Shown: positions 7,070-14,375 of the stretch, piece after piece | Position numbering within the stretch: the first letter of the stretch is position 1 | Layout: each line of letters starts with the position of its first letter | DNA from: an uncultured Thermotogae bacterium | GTDB taxonomy: Bacteria > Bipolaricaulota > Bipolaricaulia > UBA7950 > UBA9294 | NCBI GenBank assembly: GCA_964416685.1 | Contig: CAYQFN010000002.1 | Span: forward strand, 1-34,210 | Length of the DNA: 34,210 bases | Reading direction: 5' to 3' | The notes under the pieces: model-generated | What the model was told of the DNA's origin: nothing | The model's database searches: none | What the model saw: only the letters and a program-made list of their open reading frames with translations | Translations under genes and position numbers: made by a program

Positions 7070-8984
7070 TCTCCTGCTTGAAATCGGGACTTACGAGATG
7101 TCGCCAGACCAGCTCTCTCCACTTACTGGAGAGCTCTTTCTGCGCGCCGGGGAGGCGCTGACAGGGAACGGATTGCGTGAAGGCAGTGTGCGCGTTCTCT
7201 ACACACCCCGTCGACTAGCATTGATCGCGCGCGATCTCGTGTGCGAAGGCGCTGATGAAGAAGAGACCGATGATACCATCTTGCGCGCCCTGACCGACGT
7301 CGTGAGCGCACTTGTAATAAAGGAGGCGCATCATCAGGAGGGATCTCCCGGCGGATCCATTCCGCAGGTCAGCTCCCTTGTGTGCTTGTATGGGGAACGG
7401 GTTGTGCCATTGTGCATTCGGAAGCTGTGTGCGGGGCGGACCACGCGAGGCCACTGGCGAGTCGCTGGAGAAAAGGAAGTGGTGCTATCTTGCGCGGCCG
7501 ACTATGAAGAGATGCTTGCTAGTGCGGGCGTTGTCGTTGATCCCGACAGGCGCAAGCGGATGGTGCGTGAAGCGATTGCTGTCGCTTCGCGTGAGGTGAA
7601 GGCAGTTGCACAGGTTGATGATGATCTATTGAGCGCGATCGCGCTTTGCACCGAGTTTCCGCGGCCCGTGATCGGCGAGGTGCTTCTCCCTTCCGATCTT
7701 CCAATGGCGTTTGCCGGTGCTTCGCTGCGTGAGGCGGGTTTCGTCCCGCTTGTTTCGGGCAATACAGGCCGGATACAGTTCGTCGGCTTTACCGATGGAC
7801 CGGTTAAGGAGGAGGTGGTGAGGGCCGGATTCGAGCGCGTGGCGCGAAGTGAGCTATGGGGTTGCCAGCTTCTGTTCGAGCGGGATCGCGAGACAACGCT
7901 TGCTGCCCATGTTCGTCCCCTGCGCGAGATTGCTGATCCGCGCGGGTTGGGCTCACTGTGGGAGAAGATGGAACGATTGCGGGCGTTCTCCGGTGAGATT
8001 GCCAGAGTAGTTGGTGCTTCCGCGGAGGTGATTGATCGAGCGGCATTCCTCTGCCTGGCTGACCTCTCAACTCAGATTGTACACGCCTTCCCAGAGCTGC
8101 ACGGGATCGCCGGGGCAACCTACGCTGTGCTCGATGGGGAAGATGCACGTGTTTGCAGTGCGATCGAAGAGGCGGCACTCGCTGGTGGCAACAGCGCTCG
8201 ACGCCCCACGCACTTGGAAGGGCTCGTTGTCGCGATCGCTTCAGAGTATGACGATATTGTGACCCACCTCTTGGCTGAGGGGGATGCGCAGGATCCAGTG
8301 TTGGTCAATCTGGCAAGCGATCTGACCGGCCTGATAGTGGGGGAAAAGCTGGATATAGATCCGGTCACTCTTCTCGATCAGGCATGCGAACAGATCCGCA
8401 TCCTCTCTCCTGTGATGAAGATGCAGGATCTGAAGAGAGGATTGCGCGCCTGTCTCGAGAAGGGGATAGCGGGCTATCTTGAGACGGTGCAAGGTGTTTC
8501 TACAAGGATTAGATCTGCTCTTCCGCGGGAGGTAAAGGCGAACCCATACCGAAGCAGCCTATGTGCAAAGGCATTGCAGGAGGCGAGCGTGAAGGAGGGG
8601 TTTTCCCGCTTGCTGGTGTCGATTGCGAAGTTAAGTGCCCGCCTCGAAGTTGGAGAGCCGCGCGCGTACGATCCCGCTCTCTTTGAGACGGAGGGTGTGC
8701 GGTCGCTGTGGCGCGAGTATCTGAAGGCGGAAGGAAAGGTGGGTCCCCTGCTCGCACAGCTGGACTACGAGCGTGCGATCGAGGATCTCATCTCCTTCCG
8801 GGGTGCGATCGATCGCTATCTTGACGATGTAGATTTGCATGCAGGATCCGATGAAGTGAGAGAGAACAGCTTGGGGCTTATCTCAGCGATCGTCGATCTG
8901 TACGCACGCGTGGCTGACTTCGACATGCTCGTTGAGGACCAAGCAGACAATCTACCCCAAGCAGAGAGAGAAGATGAAAAATAG
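7062..8984 (+). CDS. glyS: Glycyl-tRNA synthetase beta-subunit-like protein, divergent and shortened in the N-terminal region
   Basis: 640 aa. LLLEIGTYEMSP, YTPRRLALIARDL, GRTTRGHW, LGSLWEKMERL and ADLSTQIVHAFPELHGIAGATYA parallel the GlyS blocks. The start overlaps the glyQ-like stop (ATGCCTGA). Confidence 0.7.
   Translation: MPDLLLEIGTYEMSPDQLSPLTGELFLRAGEALTGNGLREGSVRVLYTPRRLALIARDLVCEGADEEETDDTILRALTDVVSALVIKEAHHQEGSPGGSIPQVSSLVCLYGERVVPLCIRKLCAGRTTRGHWRVAGEKEVVLSCAADYEEMLASAGVVVDPDRRKRMVREAIAVASREVKAVAQVDDDLLSAIALCTEFPRPVIGEVLLPSDLPMAFAGASLREAGFVPLVSGNTGRIQFVGFTDGPVKEEVVRAGFERVARSELWGCQLLFERDRETTLAAHVRPLREIADPRGLGSLWEKMERLRAFSGEIARVVGASAEVIDRAAFLCLADLSTQIVHAFPELHGIAGATYAVLDGEDARVCSAIEEAALAGGNSARRPTHLEGLVVAIASEYDDIVTHLLAEGDAQDPVLVNLASDLTGLIVGEKLDIDPVTLLDQACEQIRILSPVMKMQDLKRGLRACLEKGIAGYLETVQGVSTRIRSALPREVKANPYRSSLCAKALQEASVKEGFSRLLVSIAKLSARLEVGEPRAYDPALFETEGVRSLWREYLKAEGKVGPLLAQLDYERAIEDLISFRGAIDRYLDDVDLHAGSDEVRENSLGLISAIVDLYARVADFDMLVEDQADNLPQAEREDEK
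7632..7645. repeat. Perfect 14 bp palindrome AGCGCGATCGCGCT, an extended HIP1-like GCGATCGC core, inside the glyS-like CDS
   Basis: Read directly. The sequence is its own reverse complement. Confidence 0.9.
8805..8816. repeat. Perfect 12 bp palindrome GCGATCGATCGC inside the glyS-like CDS
   Basis: Read directly. The sequence is its own reverse complement. Confidence 0.9.
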
Positions 8985-9357
8985 GCTAACAAGCGCGCGC
9001 ATCGAGGTGTGCGGAATCGAACTTATCGGTTTCCACGGGTACTACGATGCAGAACGGACTAAAGGGAATCGCTTCTCCGTCGATCTCCGAGCAGAGGGAG
9101 ACTTTCATTCCTCACTTGCGAGCGATCGATTGGAGGAGTCCATCGACTATTCGCAAATGGTACGGGTTGTTCGCGATGTCAATCAGGCAAGAGATTATCT
9201 TCTCATCGAGTCCTTCGCCGCTGATATTGCCGACGCCATGCTTGAGCGATTCCCGCGCATGCAGAGGATCTTCGTACGGGTGGAGAAACTGGCCCCGATG
9301 GGCCTAGGAAGAGTGAGATGTGCAGCGATAGAGCTGGAGAAAGAGAGGGAGCAGTAG
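8974..9357 (+). CDS. folB: Dihydroneopterin aldolase
   Basis: RIEVCGIELIGFHGYYDAERTKGNRFSVDL...IDYSQ is FolB-like. I prefer ATG 8974 (MKNRLTSARIE), which overlaps the glyS-like end by 11 nt. The track's 8932 start would lie deeper inside glyS. Confidence 0.85.
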   Translation: MKNRLTSARIEVCGIELIGFHGYYDAERTKGNRFSVDLRAEGDFHSSLASDRLEESIDYSQMVRVVRDVNQARDYLLIESFAADIADAMLERFPRMQRIFVRVEKLAPMGLGRVRCAAIELEKEREQ

Positions 9358-9851
9358 ACGATCTTGTCTACCTTGGACTGGGGTCGAACATGGGGGACCG
9401 GCGCAAGGAGATGGATGATGCGCTTGACTTCCTCGCAGACAACGGCGTGCGCATAGTGAAGCGCTCCTCCCTCTACGAAACGGAGCCGGTCGGCTACCCC
9501 GATCAGCCGTGGTTCTTAAACGCGGTTGTCGCTGTCAAGACCGATCTTGCTCCATCCGATCTCCTGGCCCTATGCAAGGAGGCCGAGCGTTTGGGGAAGA
9601 GAACGCACACCGTACGCTTCGGCCCTCGCACGATCGACATTGACATCCTGCTCTACAAAAGGTGGATCTACCGTGACGGCAGCCTCAGGATCCCTCACCC
9701 GCGCATGCATGAGCGTCGATTTGTCCTGGTCCCGCTTGTCGAAATCGCCCCTGGAATTGATGTCCCGGGAGAACAGAAGAAATACGCCGACATATTGGCG
9801 GGGCTCGATGAGAAAAAGAAGGTGGCAAAATTAAAGGAACACGCATTCTAA
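9318..9851 (+). CDS. folK: 2-amino-4-hydroxy-6-hydroxymethyldihydropteridine pyrophosphokinase (HPPK)
   Basis: VYLGLGSNMGDR...LYETEPVGYPDQPWFLNAVV...GPRTIDIDILLY...PHPRMHERRFVLVPL are HPPK signatures. The only in-frame canonical start upstream of the conserved core is ATG 9318, which overlaps folB by 40 nt. Confidence 0.85.
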   Translation: MCSDRAGEREGAVDDLVYLGLGSNMGDRRKEMDDALDFLADNGVRIVKRSSLYETEPVGYPDQPWFLNAVVAVKTDLAPSDLLALCKEAERLGKRTHTVRFGPRTIDIDILLYKRWIYRDGSLRIPHPRMHERRFVLVPLVEIAPGIDVPGEQKKYADILAGLDEKKKVAKLKEHAF

Positions 9852-9862
9852 TAACGGTCGAT

Positions 9863-11074
9863 ATGACCGAAAAACACGTCAAGAGAACGCGCGTGGCGAT
9901 CGTCGAAGACGACAAGTTGATGGAGATTTACTACGCGCATCCAACGCAAGAGAACATCGTTGGGAACATCTATAAAGGAAAAGTGGAGGATGTCCTCCCC
10001 GGGTTGGGATCAGCGTTCGTCAATGTAGGGGAAAAGAAGAGTCTCTTCCTATCGAAGGGCGAGATAAACGATCAAATCATGATCGAAAAGGGGTTCAAAC
10101 CATGGCGCGGCGCGGCGCCGATCAACAAGCTACTGCATGCTGGCCAGACTCTCACACTGCAGGTAAGACGGGGCGGGATCGGATCGAAGAACCCGCAGGG
10201 GACGACGAAGATCAGCCTTCCCGGGCGGTTCTGGGTCTTCCTCCCCACTGAAGACAGATTGGGGGTCTCCCGGCGCGTCGATAGCGTGCGCACACAACGT
10301 CGCCTGCGCCGTATCGCACGCGAGCTGAAGAAAGAGGGGCAGGGGATGATCGCCCGCACCGCAGCGCAGACGGCGAGCAAGGAGGAACTGACCCGCGACT
10401 ACGAGCTCCTGGCTCAGACCTGGGAGAGCATCGAAACAGCGGCAAGGTCGGCATCAGCGCCCCAGCTTCTGTACAAGGGGATGGGCCTCGTTCAGACGAT
10501 CCTGCGCGATCGCCTCCTCCCGGATGTGGCTGAAGTGATCGTTGACTCCGCGTTCTTCTACGAGAAGATACAGTACTTCTTGGAATACATGCACATGGAG
10601 GATTACAAGGAGCGAATTACCCTCTACAATGGCAAGGGTCATCTCTTCGATGAATATCATCTTGAGGAACAGATCCAGGAGACGCAATCGCGACGCGTAT
10701 CACTTGCTGGCGGTGGTTCGATCGTGATCGACGAAACAGAGGCATTGATCGCCATAGATGTGAACACTGGCGGGGACGTGCAACACCGCAACCAACAGGC
10801 GGCGATTCTCAACACGAACCTGGAGGCGGCGGCAGAGATCGCTCGTCAACTACGGTTGCGACAGATGAGTGGAATCATCATCGTCGATTTTGTGGACATG
10901 GATGACCCGAGGGATGAGCAGGCGCTGATCGACAAGGTGAAGGAAGAACTGAAGAAGGATAGGGTATCGGCTGATTTTGTTGACCTGACCGGATTGGGAC
11001 TGGCGGAGATAACGCGCAAGCGTGCCGGGGAGAGCCTGGCCGACATGCTGGAGAGCGCGGAGTTTGATGCTTGA
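9863..11074 (+). CDS. rng: Ribonuclease E/G family protein (RNase G-like), ending before the Zn-link and small domain
   Basis: 403 aa. N-terminal S1 domain (VGNIYKGKVEDVLPGLGSAFVNVG). DNase I-like catalytic block (IVIDETEALIAIDVNTG). RQLRLRQMSGIIIVDFVDM and ITRKR are also present. Confidence 0.85.
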   Translation: MTEKHVKRTRVAIVEDDKLMEIYYAHPTQENIVGNIYKGKVEDVLPGLGSAFVNVGEKKSLFLSKGEINDQIMIEKGFKPWRGAAPINKLLHAGQTLTLQVRRGGIGSKNPQGTTKISLPGRFWVFLPTEDRLGVSRRVDSVRTQRRLRRIARELKKEGQGMIARTAAQTASKEELTRDYELLAQTWESIETAARSASAPQLLYKGMGLVQTILRDRLLPDVAEVIVDSAFFYEKIQYFLEYMHMEDYKERITLYNGKGHLFDEYHLEEQIQETQSRRVSLAGGGSIVIDETEALIAIDVNTGGDVQHRNQQAAILNTNLEAAAEIARQLRLRQMSGIIIVDFVDMDDPRDEQALIDKVKEELKKDRVSADFVDLTGLGLAEITRKRAGESLADMLESAEFDA

Positions 11075-11114
11075 TAGGATGCAAGACAGCCGCTAGAATA
11101 TGGATATAAGAGTC

Positions 11115-11187
11115 GGGCGAATAGCTCAGTTGGGAGAGCGTTCGGGTCACATCCGAAAGGTCGCAGGTTCGAGCCCTGCTTCGCCCA
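11115..11187 (+). tRNA. tRNA-Val (anticodon CAC)
   Basis: Hand-folded cloverleaf. Acceptor GGGCGAA/TTCGCCC. D arm GCTC..GAGC. Anticodon stem TTCGG/CCGAA with loop GTCACAT. T arm GCAGG-TTCGAGC-CCTGC. Discriminator A, and no encoded CCA. G at position 32 is unusual. Confidence 0.9.
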
Positions 11188-11269
11188 TTTTCCTTCTCAG
11201 GTTCAAGTGGGTAACTATGGAGAGGGGATCAAACGCCAAGACTCTCGCAGAGAGGCAGAACTGTCTCAT

Positions 11270-11407
11270 CACGAAGGACGCGAAGAGCACGAAGGAATCA
11301 GAAGATGAAGCATTTGATCCTACTGTCAAGGTGTGACGTGGCACAGGAAATCACCACACTTCGCAGCTCATCCCGTTCCATTCTTCGTGTCCTTAGTGCC
11401 CTTCGTG
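11270..11407. repeat. Imperfect inverted repeat of about 28 nt per arm, built from CACGAAGG/CCTTCGTG units, with arms about 80 nt apart
   Basis: Arm 1, 11270-11298: CACGAAGGACGCGAAGAGCACGAAGGAAT. Arm 2, 11380-11407: ATTCTTCGTGTCCTTAGTGCCCTTCGTG, whose reverse complement is CACGAAGGGCACTAAGGACACGAAGAAT. The ends match and the centres are degenerate. Confidence 0.5.
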
Positions 11408-11522
11408 GTGAATTCCTCTTGACATCAGTCCTGCAAGAACGGAATTAGAGGACACTACCCGCTCGAAACGATAAGGAACCTAAAGAGAGTGGTGCTAGAT
11501 GAGGCGGCGTACGGAGGACCGA

Positions 11523-12509
11523 ATGCGAGCACTGGTGACTGGGGGGACGGGATTCATCGGATCGAGCATCGTGCGTGAGCTGTTGCGCGCTGACTATGAG
11601 GTTCGCGTTCTCATTCGCAGCGGATCAGACACGCGTAATCTCGATGGGCTTGAGATTGAGCGCGTCATCGGCGACATCACGGATCCAACCTCTCTTGCTC
11701 GTGCCATGCGCGGCTGTACACGCGTGTTCCATGCGGCAGCCCTGTACTCCTTTTGGGTCACTGTCCCTGGCTTGATCGAGCGGGTGAACGTTGAGGGGAC
11801 GAGAAATGTACTGCAGGCGTCTTTGGAGGCAGGGATAGAGCGTGTGGTGTACACGAGCTCGGTGGCCGCTCTTGCTGTTCCGAGCGCAGGCAGTCCGGTC
11901 GATGAAGCGACGCCTGTCGACCCGAGCGCGATCATCGGGGAATACAAGAAGAGCAAGTACGCAGCCGAACAGGTTGCGCTGGAGTATGCGGCAAAGGGGC
12001 TGCCTGTGGTGATCGTCAATCCCTCGTTCCCCGTTGGTCCCCGCGACATCAAGCCGACCCCGACCGGCCAGACGATCGTTGACTTCCTCAACCATCGCCT
12101 TCCGGCCTACGTCGATACCGGGATGAACGTTGTCGATGTGGAGGATGTCGCGCGCGGTCACGTTCTCGCCGCGGAAAGGGGGAGAGTCGGCGAGCGCTAC
12201 ATCCTCGGAGGGAAGAATATGACGATGGGGGAGCTTCTCGGTCTCCTATCCGAGATCACAGGCATCAGCGCTCCACGAATGCAGTTGCCCTATCAGCCCC
12301 TCCTTGCCCTGTCTTATCTGAACGCAGCCTGGTGCAGAATGACAAGGACTACTCCCAGAATGACGCCGGACACGATACGCATGTCACACCACTACATGTA
12401 CTACGACCCGAGTAAAGCGATAAATGAGTTGGGGATGCCGCAGACGCCGCCGGAGGTGGCGCTGAAGAAGGCGGTCGATTGGTACGTAGAGAATGGCTAC
12501 ATCAAATAG
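11523..12509 (+). CDS. NAD(P)-dependent epimerase/dehydratase of the extended SDR family, HpnA or dihydroflavonol-reductase-like
   Basis: MRALVTGGTGFIGS Rossmann motif, and YKKSK (YxxxK) catalytic motif. ATG 11523 is preceded by GGAGGA at 11513-11518. An alternative upstream ATG lies at 11499. Confidence 0.8.
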   Translation: MRALVTGGTGFIGSSIVRELLRADYEVRVLIRSGSDTRNLDGLEIERVIGDITDPTSLARAMRGCTRVFHAAALYSFWVTVPGLIERVNVEGTRNVLQASLEAGIERVVYTSSVAALAVPSAGSPVDEATPVDPSAIIGEYKKSKYAAEQVALEYAAKGLPVVIVNPSFPVGPRDIKPTPTGQTIVDFLNHRLPAYVDTGMNVVDVEDVARGHVLAAERGRVGERYILGGKNMTMGELLGLLSEITGISAPRMQLPYQPLLALSYLNAAWCRMTRTTPRMTPDTIRMSHHYMYYDPSKAINELGMPQTPPEVALKKAVDWYVENGYIK

Positions 12510-12551
12510 CAGCAGCGTTTCATACCGCGTTATGAGATTAATTGCATTTTT

Positions 12552-13049
12552 TTAGGAGATCTGACTGAATTTACGTGCCAATGCAGCGTCCACGCTCTTC
12601 GGTACGAACGATGTCACGTTACCGCCGAAGCGCTTCACTTCCTTCACAATCGATGATGACAGGAAGCAGTACTTGCCCGCGGTCATGAATAGAACCGTCT
12701 CAATATCGGAGTCGAGATCGCGGTTGGTCAGGGCCATCTGAAATTCGTAGTCGAAATCGGAATTAGCACGCAGGCCACGCACCACGGCACAGGCCCCAAG
12801 CTTGTGAGCGCAATCGATCAGAAGTCCTGTGTAGCTTGTCACCTCGACCCCATTGATGTCCATTTCAGCAAGGGCGTCGCGAGCGATCTGCTCGCGTTCC
12901 TCGGCAGAGAAGAGTGCATGCTTGTTCGGATTGGCGACGATGGCGATAATCAGTTGCGGGAACAACTTGCGCGCGCGACGGACGATGTCGATGTGTCCGT
13001 AGGTGATCGGGTCGAAGCTTCCGGGGTAGATCGCTCTTGGCATGGTCAT
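12552..13049 (-). CDS. coaD: Phosphopantetheine adenylyltransferase
   Basis: 165 aa. AIYPGSFDPITYGHIDIV...VVRGLRANSDFDYEFQMALTNR is canonical CoaD. Confidence 0.95.
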   Translation of the reverse strand: MTMPRAIYPGSFDPITYGHIDIVRRARKLFPQLIIAIVANPNKHALFSAEEREQIARDALAEMDINGVEVTSYTGLLIDCAHKLGACAVVRGLRANSDFDYEFQMALTNRDLDSDIETVLFMTAGKYCFLSSSIVKEVKRFGGNVTSFVPKSVDAALARKFSQIS

Positions 13050-13097
13050 GGTGGCGTGATTCTAGCGCGTGTGTGTCGTTAACTCAATCCAGTGTCG

Positions 13098-14375
13098 TCA
13101 CTTTTCTCTCGGCAGTCTTGCATCGGTCGAGGGCCCAACGACGGCGATGTTCATAGTTGCAGAATCGATGTAGGCCTCGATGACCCGTTGTGCATCGTCT
13201 ACGCTGACGGCATCGATGCGGGCGATCACCTCGTCGGGAGACAGGATCTCGCCACCCGTGATCGCTGCGCTTCCCAGGCGAGCCATGTGGTTGATGTTTG
13301 ATTCGAGATCGAGGATGAAGTTCCCCCGCAGCTTCGCCTGCGCGAGATGGATTTCCTCTGGCCGTACACCCGTGCGCCGCAGCGCGCTGAGCTCTTCGAG
13401 GAGGATGTCCAGCGTGCGATCGACATTCTCCGGAGCGATTCCAGCGTAGGTGAGCCATAATCCAGCATCGGAGTAGCTAATCACAGAACTCGATACAGCG
13501 TATGCTAACCCCTGCTCCTCACGCACGTGGATGAACAGGCGCGAGCTCATCCCTCCACCGAGGATGGCGTTCACCACTTCAGCAGCGAAGCGGTCATCGC
13601 TTCTGGCATCAGGGGCAGGCAGGCCGATGTAGATGTGGGTCTGACCCGTGTCTCGCGTGTGGGAGACCCTATCGCTCTTGAGGATCGGGGAGCGACGCAG
13701 CGAATCTGGCGCTTCTTGTGACGCACCATCGAAGAGGCGCGATGCAAGATTGACGATGCTTGTGGTATCCGCTGCCCCGCATACCACGAGGATCATTCTC
13801 TCTGGCTGGTAGAAGCTGGAGTGAAAGGAGATGAGGGTATCTCGGGATACGCTGTCTATAGTCTCGCGTTTCCCGAGGACGGGCCGCGCTAGGGGATGGC
13901 TCTCCTGCCATAGACCGGCGTTGAATAGGTCGTAGGCCTGCTGCTCGGGGTCGTCATCCCTCCCCCGAATCTCCTCCAGGACAACACCGCGCTCGCGCTC
14001 CAGTTCTTCGGGAGCGAAGGCGGGGTGTTGGGTGATGTCGGCGATTATCTCCAACACTTCCTGCAGGGCACTTGCTGGTGCCTCGGCGTAGTAGAATGTC
14101 GACTCCTTGCCTGTCGCCCCGTTGATCTGCCCTCCCAGGGCGTCGATCTGACGCGAGATCTCCCTTGCGCTTCGCGTGGGGGTTCCCTTGAACAACATGT
14201 GTTCGACGAAGTGTGCTATCCCGGGCTGAGAAGCGGGATCATCACGGCTTCCGACCCTCGCCCATAGTCCAACACTGACGGAGCGTGAATGCGGGACCTC
14301 TTCCACGAGGACCCGCATTCCGTTATCCAGTATTACTTCAGAGAGCCCCTGATAGAGGCGGGATGTCTTCACCAA
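13098..14375 (-). CDS. M16-family zinc metallopeptidase (pitrilysin-like, MlpA/YmxG-type)
   Basis: 425 aa with the inverted zinc motif HFVEHMLFKGT (HxxEH). It lies downstream of pnp, as in many bacteria. The start is TTG 14375 or GTG 14372, which gives a GTGA overlap with the pnp stop. Confidence 0.85.
   Translation of the reverse strand: MVKTSRLYQGLSEVILDNGMRVLVEEVPHSRSVSVGLWARVGSRDDPASQPGIAHFVEHMLFKGTPTRSAREISRQIDALGGQINGATGKESTFYYAEAPASALQEVLEIIADITQHPAFAPEELERERGVVLEEIRGRDDDPEQQAYDLFNAGLWQESHPLARPVLGKRETIDSVSRDTLISFHSSFYQPERMILVVCGAADTTSIVNLASRLFDGASQEAPDSLRRSPILKSDRVSHTRDTGQTHIYIGLPAPDARSDDRFAAEVVNAILGGGMSSRLFIHVREEQGLAYAVSSSVISYSDAGLWLTYAGIAPENVDRTLDILLEELSALRRTGVRPEEIHLAQAKLRGNFILDLESNINHMARLGSAAITGGEILSPDEVIARIDAVSVDDAQRVIEAYIDSATMNIAVVGPSTDARLPREK

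Noticed and set aside
11100-11336. A 78 aa plus-strand ORF, its internal 39 aa ATG-started version at 11217-11336, and the 65 aa minus-strand ORF at 11147-11344.
   Set aside because: The long version reads straight through tRNA-Val. The short version has no SD and encodes a low-complexity K/E/T-rich peptide generated by the CACGAAGG repeat units. I treat the region as non-coding repeat sequence instead.
11594-12161. Two minus-strand ORFs (165 aa and 178 aa) opposite the SDR epimerase gene.
   Set aside because: They are antisense shadows. The plus-strand product has clear Rossmann and YxxxK motifs.
12510-12551. A possible bidirectional terminator between the convergent epimerase and coaD genes: a TTCATA..TATGAG hairpin followed by a T7 run.
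   Set aside because: The stem is only 5-6 bp and AT-rich. The T run is about 12 nt away from it, so this is not a convincing intrinsic terminator.
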